64,000 nucleotides of DNA, taken from an uncultured Planctomycetales bacterium. GTDB lineage: Bacteria; Omnitrophota; Gorgyraeia; Zapsychrales; JAHFFX01. The translations under genes were made by a program, and so were the position numbers. Position 1 is the stretch's first letter. Each line of letters begins with the position of its first letter. Location of the stretch: NCBI GenBank assembly GCA_964612665.1, contig CAZTCI010000006.1, forward strand, positions 13,750 through 77,749. Reading direction: 5' to 3'. Below the pieces are notes generated by a model. It was not told the DNA's origin. It made no database searches and saw nothing but the letters and a program-made list of their open reading frames with translations. Shown piece by piece: positions 19,883 to 30,917 of this stretch.

Positions 19883-20566
19883 ATGAAAAAAGCTATTGTG
19901 CTGCTTTCGGGTGGGTTAGACTCAACGACAACTTTATTTTATGCCGTTAATAACGGATTTAAATGCGCGTGCATAATCTTTGATTACGGACAAAGACACC
20001 GCAAAGAAATCAGCTACGCACAAAAGATTGCCCGACGGGCAGGTTGCGATTATACTTTAGTGAAAATTTCTATGCCCTGGAAAGGCTCAGCGCTGCTTGA
20101 CCGCCGGATTCATTTGCCTAAGAATCGGGCGCTTAATACAACAGAGATTCCAGTGACATATGTCCCGGCACGTAATATTGTATTCTTAAGTTTTGCCGCG
20201 TCGTACGCGGAAGCGATCGGCGCACGGACCATTTTTATCGGCGCGAATGCGATTGATTATTCTGGATATCCGGATTGCCGGCCAGAATTTCTAAAAGCGT
20301 ATGAAGTTGTTTTAAAAAAAGGATTAAAAAGCGGTGTCGAAGGAAAACCCATTAGGATTCAAGCGCCGCTTATTCGTAAAACAAAGGCGCAGATTATCAC
20401 ATTAGGTTTGAAATTGAAAGTTCCTTACGCATTGACTTGGTCATGTTACGGCGGTGGAAAGAAACCCTGCGGCTCGTGTGATAGCTGTCGGCTGCGGCAA
20501 AAGGGATTTGAGACTCTCGACGTAAAAGATCCGTTATTAGCCATACACAGTAGGTTTTCATTTTAA
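19883..20566 (+). CDS. queC: 7-cyano-7-deazaguanine synthase
   Basis: PP-loop LLSGGLDSTT; C-terminal Zn cluster CYGGGKKPCGSCDSC. Confidence 0.9.
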   Translation: MKKAIVLLSGGLDSTTTLFYAVNNGFKCACIIFDYGQRHRKEISYAQKIARRAGCDYTLVKISMPWKGSALLDRRIHLPKNRALNTTEIPVTYVPARNIVFLSFAASYAEAIGARTIFIGANAIDYSGYPDCRPEFLKAYEVVLKKGLKSGVEGKPIRIQAPLIRKTKAQIITLGLKLKVPYALTWSCYGGGKKPCGSCDSCRLRQKGFETLDVKDPLLAIHSRFSF

Positions 20567-20570
20567 CTTT

Positions 20571-21260
20571 ATGAAAGCTAAAATCTCCGAAATATTTCAA
20601 TCAATCCAAGGCGAAGGCCAATACGCCGGCGTGCGGCAGGTGTTTGTGCGGTTTTTTGGATGCCACATGCATTGCGTGTGGTGCGATACGCCGGATTCGA
20701 TTGGCGATGGAAAGAAAGAGTACCGCGAATATTCGTTAGAGAAATTAGCTCAAGAAGTCCGCGGGCTCGCCGCCGGGTGCCATTCGGTCAGTTTAACCGG
20801 CGGTGAGCCGCTTTTGCAGGCGGATTTTGTCAGAGAATTTATTCCTTATATTAGAGAAACTAGATTGGGCGTCTATCTGGAGACAAGCGGCGTGCTTTAT
20901 CAGGAATTGGCCAAAGTGATCGATAGTGTTGATATTATTGCGATGGATATCAAACTTCCCAGCTCAACGCAGTGCCGGGCGTTTTGGAAGGAGCACGAAG
21001 AATTCTTAAGAATTGCCCGATGGAAGAATCTCTTTATCAAGGCGGTTGTTTCCGGAGAAACATCATTGGACGATTTGAGACGGGCGATTCATTTGGTTAA
21101 AACAGCTGATCCGGATCTCATTTTTTATCTTCAGCCGAATCACTTCCAAGTTCAAAATGGCGCTCTAACAAATTGTTTGAAATTTCAGGCGGAATTTCAA
21201 AAAGATTTAAAAGGCTTAAGGATTCTGCCGCAAGTGCATAAATTTATCAACCTGCGTTAA
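20571..21260 (+). CDS. queE: 7-carboxy-7-deazaguanine synthase (radical SAM)
   Basis: CHMHCVWCDT (Cx3Cx2C-type cluster); size and position in the que cluster. Confidence 0.8.
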   Translation: MKAKISEIFQSIQGEGQYAGVRQVFVRFFGCHMHCVWCDTPDSIGDGKKEYREYSLEKLAQEVRGLAAGCHSVSLTGGEPLLQADFVREFIPYIRETRLGVYLETSGVLYQELAKVIDSVDIIAMDIKLPSSTQCRAFWKEHEEFLRIARWKNLFIKAVVSGETSLDDLRRAIHLVKTADPDLIFYLQPNHFQVQNGALTNCLKFQAEFQKDLKGLRILPQVHKFINLR

Positions 21261-21275
21261 TTCCCGAGGAAAAAA

Positions 21276-21701
21276 ATGGTTCAAAAGAAAAAAAGTTATG
21301 AAGGTTTGCAAAGTCATATCCGCAGTTTAAAAACTCCAAAGATCGATACCTGGCGCAACCAATATCCGGACCGGGAATATTCAATTCATTTGAGCACATC
21401 GGAATTTACATGCATTTGTCCCAAAACCGGTTTGCCGGATTTTGCGGCGATCAACATCACGTACAGCCCGCAAAAACTCTGTTTGGAACTTAAATCATTC
21501 AAATACTATCTACTTTCTTACCGCAGCGTCGGAATCTTCCACGAACATTTCGTGAATAAAATTTTGGATGATATTGTTAAAGCCGCCAATCCGCGCTGGG
21601 CGAAAGTCGAAGCAGTCGTCAATTCGCGTGGCGGCATTCAAACAACCGTAATGGCGGAATATAAAAAAGAAAATTACTGGCCTTTTCTCTCCCAAAGATA
21701 A
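21276..21701 (+). CDS. queF: NADPH-dependent 7-cyano-7-deazaguanine reductase (unimodular type)
   Basis: QueF motif E(L)KSFKYYL; catalytic Cys in CICPKTGLPDF. Confidence 0.85.
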   Translation: MVQKKKSYEGLQSHIRSLKTPKIDTWRNQYPDREYSIHLSTSEFTCICPKTGLPDFAAINITYSPQKLCLELKSFKYYLLSYRSVGIFHEHFVNKILDDIVKAANPRWAKVEAVVNSRGGIQTTVMAEYKKENYWPFLSQR

Positions 21702-21779
21702 GGTTGTTCTATCATTGTCAGATAGAAAAGGCCTAGTACTAGACTTTTGCAATGCAAAAGTCAGTAGAAAGGATTTCCT

Positions 21780-22496
21780 ATGATCAGACTCGACGGCCGG
21801 ACGCCGGATAAACTTAGAAAGATCAAAGTGACACAAAATTATACCAAATACGCCGAAGGATCTTGTTTGATTGAATTCGGTGGTACAAAAGTGATTTGCA
21901 CGGCGAGTGTTGAAGAAAATGTTCCGCCGTTTTTGCGTAATTCCGGAACCGGCTGGGTCACCGCGGAATACGGCATGCTGCCGCGTTCCTGCGATACGCG
22001 CATCGCGCGTGAAAAGACCTCCGGCCGCACTTATGAAATTCAACGTTTAATCGGCCGGGCGCTGCGCGGTGTTATTGATACAACTAAACTCGGCGAGCGC
22101 ACAATCAAGATTGACTGCGATGTTATTCAAGGCGACGGCGGCACGCGCACAGCGTCTATTACCGGTGGTTTTATCGCACTGGGCGACGCCATTCTTAAAT
22201 TAAAAAAACAAGGGATGATCACTGACATACCGTTGACCGATTACGTCGCCGCCATCAGCGTCGGAATTTATCAAGGAACACTGCTTTTAGATTTGAATTA
22301 TCAGGAAGACTCCAAGGCAGACATGGACATGAATGTGGTGATGGTTGGCCGTGGTGAATTTGTTGAAATTCAAGGAACCGCTGAGCACAACCCATTTTCT
22401 AAAAAGCAAGTCGACGCGCTCTTGAAGCTGGCGGAAAAAGGGATTAAGAAATTATTTCAGATTCAGAAGAATGCTTTGCCGGAGTTGAAGATATAA
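21780..22496 (+). CDS. rph: ribonuclease PH
   Basis: [11 protein letters not shown]...[18 protein letters not shown]; 238 aa. Confidence 0.9.
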   Translation: MIRLDGRTPDKLRKIKVTQNYTKYAEGSCLIEFGGTKVICTASVEENVPPFLRNSGTGWVTAEYGMLPRSCDTRIAREKTSGRTYEIQRLIGRALRGVIDTTKLGERTIKIDCDVIQGDGGTRTASITGGFIALGDAILKLKKQGMITDIPLTDYVAAISVGIYQGTLLLDLNYQEDSKADMDMNVVMVGRGEFVEIQGTAEHNPFSKKQVDALLKLAEKGIKKLFQIQKNALPELKI

Positions 22497-22590
22497 TTTG
22501 AATGAAATGGAGGATAGAAGGGAGAAGTACGTCTAATTTTCTCTTATCAATCCTCCGTTTTACTTTATAGATAAACAAGAAAGGACCAAC

Positions 22591-23196
22591 ATGACAGAAC
22601 TGCTGGTTGCGACCCGCAACAAAAAGAAATTGGAAGAAATAAAATATCTGCTCCGCGACTTGGATTTAAGAATTACTTCTCTCGCCGATTATCCTGACCT
22701 TCCTGAAATAGAAGAAGACGGCAAAACCTTCGCCCAAAACGCGATTAAAAAAGCAGCGACGATTGCGTTGGCTACAAGAAAATTAACCATGGGTGAAGAT
22801 TCAGGATTGGAAGTTAAAGCGCTTAAAAACCAGCCCGGCGTTTATTCGGCGCGTTTCTCTGGACAAGGCGCAACCGATAAAAAAAATAATTCCAAGCTTT
22901 TGAAAATGCTAAACGGCGTTCCTTTAAAGAAACGCACCGCGCGGTACCGCTGTTTTGTGGCCTTGGCCGACGGGCATGAATTGATTAGTGTGGTTAATGG
23001 GAGCTGCAGTGGTTTGATCGATGTTAAGCGCCGTGGGGAAAACGGATTCGGTTATGATCCGCTTTTTTTAATTCCGAAATATAAGAAAACATTTGGTGAA
23101 CTACCCGCTGAAGTGAAAGCTAAAATGAGCCACCGTTACCGGGCTTTGAAAAAGTTCCGCGACGTTATTTTAAAATATCTTTCGCGCCCTCGCTGA
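22591..23196 (+). CDS. rdgB: non-canonical purine NTP pyrophosphatase (Ham1/RdgB)
   Basis: ATRNKKKLEEI, SGLEV, GFGYDPLF motifs; conserved rph-rdgB gene pair. Confidence 0.85.
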   Translation: MTELLVATRNKKKLEEIKYLLRDLDLRITSLADYPDLPEIEEDGKTFAQNAIKKAATIALATRKLTMGEDSGLEVKALKNQPGVYSARFSGQGATDKKNNSKLLKMLNGVPLKKRTARYRCFVALADGHELISVVNGSCSGLIDVKRRGENGFGYDPLFLIPKYKKTFGELPAEVKAKMSHRYRALKKFRDVILKYLSRPR

Positions 23197-26100
23197 CGCC
23201 TTGAAGGAAAAGTTCTAAACCTTTTTCAATGGTTTTCTTCGGCGAGATAACTTTGGTAAACTGCGGATTCTTGACGGTGCCGGAAAGTTTGAAATCAAAA
23301 ATGGATCCCATGATACCGGCAACACGCGTCATCATAGTTTTATAAGCGAGCTCACTGCCTTCGACCTTCGCTTGATCATTAAATTGCGCGTTAAACGTAA
23401 AATCAAGGTTCCCTTCGAATCCCACCGCGCCGTGTCCTGAAATATTCATAGGATCACTTTTAATCATTAAATTATCTGTCCACGCTTGTCCTGCACGGAA
23501 AATCAAATCTGCGCTGATTTCATTAATGAGAATATTTTCAAAATCCGACGTGAAAATAAATTTTCCTAACCCTTGCAGAAGATTTAATTCCCAAAGTTTG
23601 CCGTCATTCATGAGAACCGTTCCCGTGCCTTCCATTTTCATCCACTGCGTTAACGGTCCATCCAAATGCGCCGAAGCTGAGAGAAAACCGGAAACATCCT
23701 TATCCTTCCAGATCGTGTCGCTTTTAACTTTGGCTAAATTGGTTTTGCTTAAATCCGCATCCACATGATAGGGGAATGTTTGTTTGCTTAAATCCATTGT
23801 CCCGTCGAGTTTTAATTGCCCTTCGTAAACACCCGCCGTCAAATGACATTGTTTAATCTTCTGATCCGCGAGCTCGAGATTTAAATTGATATCGTTGAGA
23901 TGATATCCGTATAAAGCAAGTTCAGGGATCGTGGCGGTTGATTTCGTTTCTAAATGACGAAAATCCGTCGGTGAACCTTTTAAACGGCCCTGCCAATTTA
24001 CGATACCATTGATTTTTAAAGCGTCGAGCTGTTCTTTTAACGCGGGATCGATGACCGCTAAATCTTTTAAGTTAAACGCCAATTTCCCGCTGACATCCAT
24101 CTGCGGTGAAGTGTTGTCTTTAATTGTCACATCACCGGCCAAATCGAATGTTGATTGGGAATACGTTCCTTTAAGCGAATCAATTTTAAGCACCGGCGTT
24201 TGAAAAGAACCTTGCGCCGTCAGATTCGCTTTACGGCTTTCACTGACGATCGTAGTGTTGATCTGCGGAGCGTTTAAATTCTTAAGCTGGCCGTTTAAAA
24301 CAAAATCATCTTTTTGGAAAACACCTTTCAAATCTTTCCAGCTGATCGCTTGGGGTGTATAACGGATTTCTCCGGCAATATTCGTAATCGCCACCGGCAA
24401 CGCTTCCCCTTGCAGGCTGGCGTTGCTTAACTGAGCCACAGCCTGAACATCTGCTTTGTCAAAGGCCGCCGGGCTTCCTTTAAACTGCACATTTAATTTC
24501 ACGTCACCCGACGGTGTTATTCTTATTTTAGAAAGCATATCTTTGGGAATTAATTTAAGCGCTTGTTCCAATTTAAAAGAATCCGTCGACGCCTGAATGT
24601 CTAAAACCGGTGATTGAAAATTATTGACCGCTCCCGCCACCTTTAATGGAATGTCCTGGGTCGTTAAGCTCACATCCTCCAAGCCCAAACTATCCGTTTT
24701 AAAATTGATTTTACCTTTTATGTCTTTAATTTCCTGCACGACGGGTAAACTGCTGATAAGCGCAACATTGGGGAAAAGCGTTCCTTCATAAGAAAGAGCC
24801 GGCGAGCTGGCGGGATTATATGTTAAATCTAAACTGGCTTGAGGATTGCCGACGACAGTTTTATCGGCCATGGCTAAGTTAGCTTCATCGATCCTTAAAT
24901 CACTTTTGACGTGGATGATTTTGTCGTTAATGTCTAATGCGGTATTTGATGCGGTTATGTTCCCTTGCAGATGCTCACTGGCACTGGGTTTGATGTCCGC
25001 TTTTTTAATTTGAATGGCGCTGGTTAGATGGATAGCTTTGCCTTTGATCGTAAGCTCAGTATTGTTGGCGTCGATATCACCGGTGAGCGATTGGATTCCA
25101 TTCAACGCAGCTTGTGTGCCATCTAAACTTAAATTTCCTTTAATGCCTATGGTATTGTCAGCGAACTCCAGAATAAAAGGGGAAGCGGTAAACTGAGTTT
25201 GGATCTTTTGCGTTTTATCCAGCGTGACCAGAAAGTCAGCAATTTTTAGATTAGCAGAACCGCCCATTTTTCCGTCGATAAATTTAAAAGCGCCATCGGT
25301 CAAAGTCATTTGACTGCTAGTTAGCGTTCTTTGTTCGGGCAAAGAAATTGCAGCGTTCGTTAACATCAAAGCGCCTTGAGCTTGAAGTGTATGGTTGTCA
25401 GTCAAACTGCCGTTGATATTATCGGCTTTTAGGTTTCCTTGGATTTTTGTTGTGGGATTAAGAGTGATATCAGCATTCTGCAAAGTGAACGACGCCGCAA
25501 CATCGGTTTCTTTTTGAGGGACAATAACAACGGCGAGGTTGGGGAGTTTAAGTTGGCCGCGGAATTCTTGATCTGCCCCAACTTTAAGGTCAGCGTCTTT
25601 AATTTCACAATCACCTTGAATACTAAATTTCTCGCCGGTGCGGTTAAATGTCAGATGGGCCTCTTTTAAAAAACCGCTCGCCAAATGAAATTGATCGTTC
25701 TTCAAATACAAAGAAAGATATTCGCTTAAAGTTATATTACTCAATTCAAGATTCGCGTTAATCAATTGCAAACTCAAATCACTGTCGCCTTCTAAACTGA
25801 TTTGCGAGTCGTTTTTGGGAAGAACACCGTCCAGATTGAATTTAATTCCTTTTTGCAGAGATAAATTAATTTTGACATCGAGATTTTCAAGCGTCTCAGC
25901 GTAAGCGGGCTGGGTTGTTTTATCTAATAAATTAACTTCGCCGTCATTGATTGTGATTCCGCCCAGAAGAAAATTGGAAGGGGCGCCTGGTGTTTTTGAA
26001 GGAGGAGTGCTCGAAGGCGTTTGTTTTTGGAGCAAGTCACTAAAATTCCATTCATTCGCTGAAATACGGGTCAAATAAAGACTGGGGTGGTTTAATGTTA

Positions 26101-26410
26101 CCGACGGAATTATTATTTTCTTCTCAAAGATAAGCGGATGATAAACAATTGTTAGAGAAAGTTCATTGATATGGATAAAAGGTTTATCAGGAGCGTCTTT
26201 TTGGGCGACATTGACATTAGTTAAGACAATACCTTTAAGAGGGGAGAAGGTAATGGCATCAAAGCTCACTTCCCGTTTAAAAAATTCTTGGGCTTTTTGA
26301 GCCACGATACCTTTGAGCTGAACCGGCAAGAAAAATTTATTAAGGTAAATAATGCCAATCGTCACCAACATGACGATCGCAAGCAGGATAAAGAAAATCT
26401 TTTTTCGCAT
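23165..26410 (-). CDS. very large (1081 aa) AsmA/TamB-like envelope protein (N-terminal membrane anchor, long repetitive beta-rich region)
   Basis: Single N-terminal TM (KIFFILLAIVMLVTIGIIYL); repetitive LTxxNxxI.L-type beta-strand repeats; size. Confidence 0.55.
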   Translation of the reverse strand: MRKKIFFILLAIVMLVTIGIIYLNKFFLPVQLKGIVAQKAQEFFKREVSFDAITFSPLKGIVLTNVNVAQKDAPDKPFIHINELSLTIVYHPLIFEKKIIIPSVTLNHPSLYLTRISANEWNFSDLLQKQTPSSTPPSKTPGAPSNFLLGGITINDGEVNLLDKTTQPAYAETLENLDVKINLSLQKGIKFNLDGVLPKNDSQISLEGDSDLSLQLINANLELSNITLSEYLSLYLKNDQFHLASGFLKEAHLTFNRTGEKFSIQGDCEIKDADLKVGADQEFRGQLKLPNLAVVIVPQKETDVAASFTLQNADITLNPTTKIQGNLKADNINGSLTDNHTLQAQGALMLTNAAISLPEQRTLTSSQMTLTDGAFKFIDGKMGGSANLKIADFLVTLDKTQKIQTQFTASPFILEFADNTIGIKGNLSLDGTQAALNGIQSLTGDIDANNTELTIKGKAIHLTSAIQIKKADIKPSASEHLQGNITASNTALDINDKIIHVKSDLRIDEANLAMADKTVVGNPQASLDLTYNPASSPALSYEGTLFPNVALISSLPVVQEIKDIKGKINFKTDSLGLEDVSLTTQDIPLKVAGAVNNFQSPVLDIQASTDSFKLEQALKLIPKDMLSKIRITPSGDVKLNVQFKGSPAAFDKADVQAVAQLSNASLQGEALPVAITNIAGEIRYTPQAISWKDLKGVFQKDDFVLNGQLKNLNAPQINTTIVSESRKANLTAQGSFQTPVLKIDSLKGTYSQSTFDLAGDVTIKDNTSPQMDVSGKLAFNLKDLAVIDPALKEQLDALKINGIVNWQGRLKGSPTDFRHLETKSTATIPELALYGYHLNDINLNLELADQKIKQCHLTAGVYEGQLKLDGTMDLSKQTFPYHVDADLSKTNLAKVKSDTIWKDKDVSGFLSASAHLDGPLTQWMKMEGTGTVLMNDGKLWELNLLQGLGKFIFTSDFENILINEISADLIFRAGQAWTDNLMIKSDPMNISGHGAVGFEGNLDFTFNAQFNDQAKVEGSELAYKTMMTRVAGIMGSIFDFKLSGTVKNPQFTKVISPKKTIEKGLELFLQGVSEGAKDILK

Positions 26411-26535
26411 AGGAAGCTATTATAACTAAACCATTGCCAAACTTCAAATTGCCATAAAAGAATCTTAATGCTATACTGTGCGCCTGCTTGATCAGCACGG
26501 TAATTTGCACCGGCATTAGCTGTAAAATTTTTTTA

Positions 26536-26612
26536 CGGGGAGTAGCGCAGCTGGCTAGCGCGTCTGCTTTGGGAGCAGAAGGTCCCGGGTTCAAATCCCG
26601 GCTCCCCGACCA
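26536..26612 (+). tRNA. tRNA-Pro (anticodon TGG), CCA encoded
   Basis: Cloverleaf folded by hand: acceptor CGGGGAG/CTCCCCG, anticodon loop TTTGGGA, T-loop TTCAAAT. Confidence 0.9.
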
Positions 26613-26786
26613 CGTAAAAACTTGACTTCGTTAAGTTCACGTGGTTTTTAGTATTGAAACTTGAAGGTCAAGTTTTTACGGAAGGAACGTGGGCCCGAAG
26701 GGACTTTACGTCCCCGTCGAAATTTCGTCAAGTTCGCACGGTCGTTTAATAACGATAGTTGCGTAAAATTTAAACTACTGATCAGC

Positions 26787-28199
26787 ATGAAATCTAAATT
26801 TCGATTCCTTATTTACTTAATCTTCCCCGCCATTTCTTTTTTTTCCCAAGCCCACTCCTTCGCCGACGACCCCACCCCCAAATGGAAACTATATCAAAAT
26901 AAACGACTAGGCTTCGCCCTCAAATATCCGCAGGACTGGCAGGCGATGGAGAACCGCGCGCAGATTTATAAAAAACCAACCGTTGATATATTAACGAATG
27001 TTTGTTTTGCTCCGATAATCCGCGATAAACTAACGTGTAAAGCTGAATTATATGTGACCTCCCGCGTCAGCGATCTTGCCGACTGGCGGGGCGGTAACTT
27101 TTTAGGATATGATAAAGCTGATTTGCATCTCGACCAGCCCAGCCCCGTTCTTCAAGACCAAACTAAAACCACCCGCATCGACGTGACAGCCAATGACCAA
27201 TACTTAAGTCATATTTTTTTTGAAGCTGATCATGTCGGCTATTTATTTGTCATGCGGGATTATGATAAGGATGATTACGATTACCAGACATTCCTCAATC
27301 TCGTTTCATCTTTTGTTTTGTTCGACATGAATGTTGCCGACCCCGATGGTATTCAAACTCAGCCTTTTAGTGATTTTTTAAATCTAACGCAAGATCAACT
27401 GCGTAATTTGCATATCAAATTAACTTACCTTGGACCGCAAGATAAACCGATTTCAACCCGAATCGTGAGCGCGGATAATGCTGTTGATGTTAAAGAATTC
27501 ATGCAGTACCGGCGCTACGGCCTTTCTTATCAGAACGATGATCTGGCGATTCAAATGTTGTCCGCAACCCCAGCTCAATTGCATGGTATTTTAGAAGAAT
27601 TAAATTCCATTAAAGACTTGATGACCGATAAAGTGGCGCGCGTTCCGTTTTTGTCGGTTGCTTTTCTAAGCCGCGATCCCGAGGGCGTCGAGGATGATAA
27701 ATTTTTTGAAGCCATTTTAAGCCAAGCTCAAGCCGAGCAGTTTTATTCTGCTTTAGCAAAAATTTTCGAAGCCAAGCAGGCGCAGGAGATGAAAAGTTTT
27801 TTTAGAACCTGGGGGTGTTCGCTCGACATTTTACCGACAAGCGTACCGGAGGATGTGACGAATAAAGTCGAAATCGTTCAAAGCGGTGTCCGGCTCAATA
27901 AGACGACGGGTTTGTTTGAACAGACGTTAACACTTAAAAATAAATCCGACGCCGCGCTCATCGCGCCGATCGCGCTCGTTTTAGATTTTGAAGGCCACAC
28001 GCGCCTCACGCAAAGTAACGATGTCACCTGCCAAGTGAAACCCGCTGGGAAAGAAATTCTAGAAATTCCGCTCCCGTCGGGCGAACAAGGAAGCTTTTTC
28101 CCGCAGGAAGAATTAGAAATCACGCTTCAATTCCTTACACAAGACGGCGAACCGATCCGTTATAAAACTAAAGTGCTATCCGGTCCTGGCGAAAGGTAA
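26787..28199 (+). CDS. secreted hypothetical protein (signal peptide MKSKFRFLIYLIFPAISFFSQAHSFA)
   Basis: Start moved to the internal Met that precedes a signal peptide; no family motif recognised. Confidence 0.45.
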   Translation: MKSKFRFLIYLIFPAISFFSQAHSFADDPTPKWKLYQNKRLGFALKYPQDWQAMENRAQIYKKPTVDILTNVCFAPIIRDKLTCKAELYVTSRVSDLADWRGGNFLGYDKADLHLDQPSPVLQDQTKTTRIDVTANDQYLSHIFFEADHVGYLFVMRDYDKDDYDYQTFLNLVSSFVLFDMNVADPDGIQTQPFSDFLNLTQDQLRNLHIKLTYLGPQDKPISTRIVSADNAVDVKEFMQYRRYGLSYQNDDLAIQMLSATPAQLHGILEELNSIKDLMTDKVARVPFLSVAFLSRDPEGVEDDKFFEAILSQAQAEQFYSALAKIFEAKQAQEMKSFFRTWGCSLDILPTSVPEDVTNKVEIVQSGVRLNKTTGLFEQTLTLKNKSDAALIAPIALVLDFEGHTRLTQSNDVTCQVKPAGKEILEIPLPSGEQGSFFPQEELEITLQFLTQDGEPIRYKTKVLSGPGER

Positions 28200-28205
28200 T
28201 CAACT

Positions 28206-28430
28206 TTGCAAGACATCTTTCTCTGTGCCACATTTATTGTTTTTTTGGTGTTAATCGGATTTAAAGAGGGATGGTTTAAGCCGTTGAAAATTTTAGCCAT
28301 TTATTTTGGAGTTGCATTTTTCTTGTCTCTTGTTTGGCGATTTTATCAACGTGATGTTATTGTTTTGGCAGTTTTCGATATCTACTTAATACTTTATTCA
28401 TTAAATGCTGGCTATATATCCAAATTCTAA
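28206..28430 (+). CDS. small 2-TM membrane protein
   Basis: ORF only. Confidence 0.3.
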   Translation: MQDIFLCATFIVFLVLIGFKEGWFKPLKILAIYFGVAFFLSLVWRFYQRDVIVLAVFDIYLILYSLNAGYISKF

Positions 28431-28485
28431 CGTTGCCGTGTTATTACAATACTGCTTTTTCCAAATTTCATAATAAAAACAAACC

Positions 28486-30735
28486 ATGAAACGCGATCAC
28501 ACAAAACTCATTTGCGAAATCGGCGAACTGAGCGGTCTTTTTGCGGACAGTCCGAGTCTCGAAACTTTTTTGCAAAGTATCGTCGAAATGACTGCCGAGC
28601 ATATGAATTCACCGGTCTGTTCAATCTATTTGTATTATGAAGATATCAACGAGCTCGTTTTGAAAGCCACGATTGGTCTTAAGCGCGAGTCGGTCGGGCA
28701 TGTCAAAATGAAATTGGGAGAAGGGTTAACTGGATTGGCATTGCAAGAACTTCGGCCGATTTGCGAACGTAACGCGAGCAAAAATCCGCACTTTAAATAT
28801 TTCCCGGGAATCGGCGAAGAGAAGTATGAATCCTTTCTGGCAGTTCCCATTATACGCGGCCCGACGCGCATCGGCGTCGTGGTTATTCAGAATTATCAAA
28901 AAGATTATTTTACCGACGAAGACAGCAAAGTTTTTCGCGCGATCACTTCTCAACTTGCCACCACAATTGAAACCGCCAAGTTCCTCATGAGCTTAGATGA
29001 GAAGTCCCGCAAGCCAAAAACTGTCTCGCCAGCGACTTCACTTAAAATGGTCAAAGGCCGGGTCGGCTCGCCCGGTTTTATTTTTAATGAAGTGTTGGTT
29101 GTTAACAAAGATTATGCGTCGCTGGTTGTTTCGATGAGCCGGGCGAGTAAATTTACTTTGGATGATTTTAACCGCGCGGTTGCTTTGACTGAAGAACAGC
29201 TGGAAAATCTTCAGCACGACATTGAAAAACGTCTTGCTGATGTCGCTTCACTGATTTTTACCGCCCAGATTTTGATGTTAAAGGATAAAGCTTTTATTGA
29301 AACAATGGTGGATTTAATCAAGCGCGGGATTAATCCGCCTTTGGCCATCATGCAGGTCGTGGATGATTACGTACAGAAATTTAAGAAAATGACCGATCCT
29401 TATTTGCGTGACAAGATGCAGGACATCCGGGACATTGGTTTAAGGCTGATTAAAAATGTGGCAGGCGTCGGTGAAAATCCGAGTGATCTAGAAGGTCGGA
29501 TTGTGGTCGCTGAAGAGCTTTTTCCGTCGGAAGCGCTAAAATTGTCTTCACAGAAAGTCGGCGGCGTTATTCTTTTAAGCGGTGGTGTCTCGTCACACTT
29601 ATCAATCCTGGCGCGTTCATTAGGAATTCCTTTAGTCATCGCTGAAGCTTATGAGCTTTTAAACCTTCCGGCGCGCACGAAAATCCTCATGGATGCCGAG
29701 CAAGGAAATATCTACATTAATCCGACGCCCGACATCATTAAAACATTTAAAGACCGCGAAGAGTTGCGTAGCAGTCTAAATAAAATCAAAGATTCTGTAA
29801 CGCCAACGACACACACCAAAGATGGCACACGGGTTAAGCTTTTGTCTAACATTAATCTTTTAGGCGATATCAAAGCCGCGAATGAATTTAAATCCGAAGG
29901 CATTGGTCTTTACCGCACGGAGTTTCCTTTTATCGTGCGCAATGATTTCCCGTCGGAGGAAGAGCAGTATTTTATTTATAAGAAGCTGGTCGATAGTATG
30001 CTGGGAAAGGAAATCACTTTCCGTACACTCGACATCGGCGGGGATAAAGTCCTTTCTTATTACACGCATGGCAAAGAGGAGAACCCGTTTTTAGGGATGC
30101 GTTCGATCCGCTTTTCGTTAAGGCACAAAGATATTTTCAGCCAGCAGCTGCGCGCGATTCTTCGCGCCGGGCACAAAGCGGATTTGAAAATTATGTTTCC
30201 GATGATTTCTTCGCTCGATGAATTTACCGAGGCCAAAGAACTTGTGTTACAGGCCGTCGAGGATTTGACGAACGAGAGGATCCTTTGTCATCATGAACCG
30301 CAGATTGGGATGATGGTTGAACTGCCGGCGGTTTTAGAAATTATGGAAGATCTGGCGCAGGTCGCGGATTTCTTTTCCATCGGAACCAATGATTTTATTC
30401 AGTACATGCTGGCCGTTGACCGCACAAATGAAAAAGTCGCTGATCTTTATCTGCCGCATCATCCGTCGATTTTACGTGCGTTTCGACGCATTGTGGCCAT
30501 TGCGAATCAATATAAGAAAGATGTTTCCGTTTGCGGCGATATGGCCCACGATGAAAGATATATTTCCTATTTTCTGGGGATTGGCGTGCGCGCCATTAGT
30601 TTGGATCCCCGGCATCATTCCAAAATTCAAAAAGTCATCGCCGGCGTCGAGCTGAAAAAAGCCAAAAAAGAAGTCGAAAATATTCTTTCCAAGAATACAA
30701 TCAAAGGGATCGCGGCGATTGTGAATCAGGAATAA
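28486..30735 (+). CDS. ptsP: phosphoenolpyruvate-protein phosphotransferase with an N-terminal GAF domain (EI-Ntr)
   Basis: Phospho-His region GGVSSHLSILARSLGIP; PEP-binding IGTNDFIQY; catalytic Cys in VCGDMA; about 170-aa GAF-like N-terminus. Confidence 0.85.
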   Translation: MKRDHTKLICEIGELSGLFADSPSLETFLQSIVEMTAEHMNSPVCSIYLYYEDINELVLKATIGLKRESVGHVKMKLGEGLTGLALQELRPICERNASKNPHFKYFPGIGEEKYESFLAVPIIRGPTRIGVVVIQNYQKDYFTDEDSKVFRAITSQLATTIETAKFLMSLDEKSRKPKTVSPATSLKMVKGRVGSPGFIFNEVLVVNKDYASLVVSMSRASKFTLDDFNRAVALTEEQLENLQHDIEKRLADVASLIFTAQILMLKDKAFIETMVDLIKRGINPPLAIMQVVDDYVQKFKKMTDPYLRDKMQDIRDIGLRLIKNVAGVGENPSDLEGRIVVAEELFPSEALKLSSQKVGGVILLSGGVSSHLSILARSLGIPLVIAEAYELLNLPARTKILMDAEQGNIYINPTPDIIKTFKDREELRSSLNKIKDSVTPTTHTKDGTRVKLLSNINLLGDIKAANEFKSEGIGLYRTEFPFIVRNDFPSEEEQYFIYKKLVDSMLGKEITFRTLDIGGDKVLSYYTHGKEENPFLGMRSIRFSLRHKDIFSQQLRAILRAGHKADLKIMFPMISSLDEFTEAKELVLQAVEDLTNERILCHHEPQIGMMVELPAVLEIMEDLAQVADFFSIGTNDFIQYMLAVDRTNEKVADLYLPHHPSILRAFRRIVAIANQYKKDVSVCGDMAHDERYISYFLGIGVRAISLDPRHHSKIQKVIAGVELKKAKKEVENILSKNTIKGIAAIVNQE

Positions 30736-30917
30736 TGTAATTCTTTCCAACTTTGTAACGTTTTATCGGTTAAGGTAACGAAGCCCGTTTCGTTTAAGGG
30801 GCTAAGGTTAAGTTATAAACTCCATTTTATATATAAATGTTTAGTCGTTTTTTTCACACATTGCCATTACCTTTACCGAAACTGGCCTCGTCACCTTAAC
30901 CGTTATCGAAATACTTT

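Noticed and set aside
21510-22043. 177-aa minus-strand ORF spanning the queF 3' end and rph 5' end
   Set aside because: Antisense to two well-supported plus-strand genes (QueF and RNase PH motifs); no RBS or motif; GC-frame artefact.
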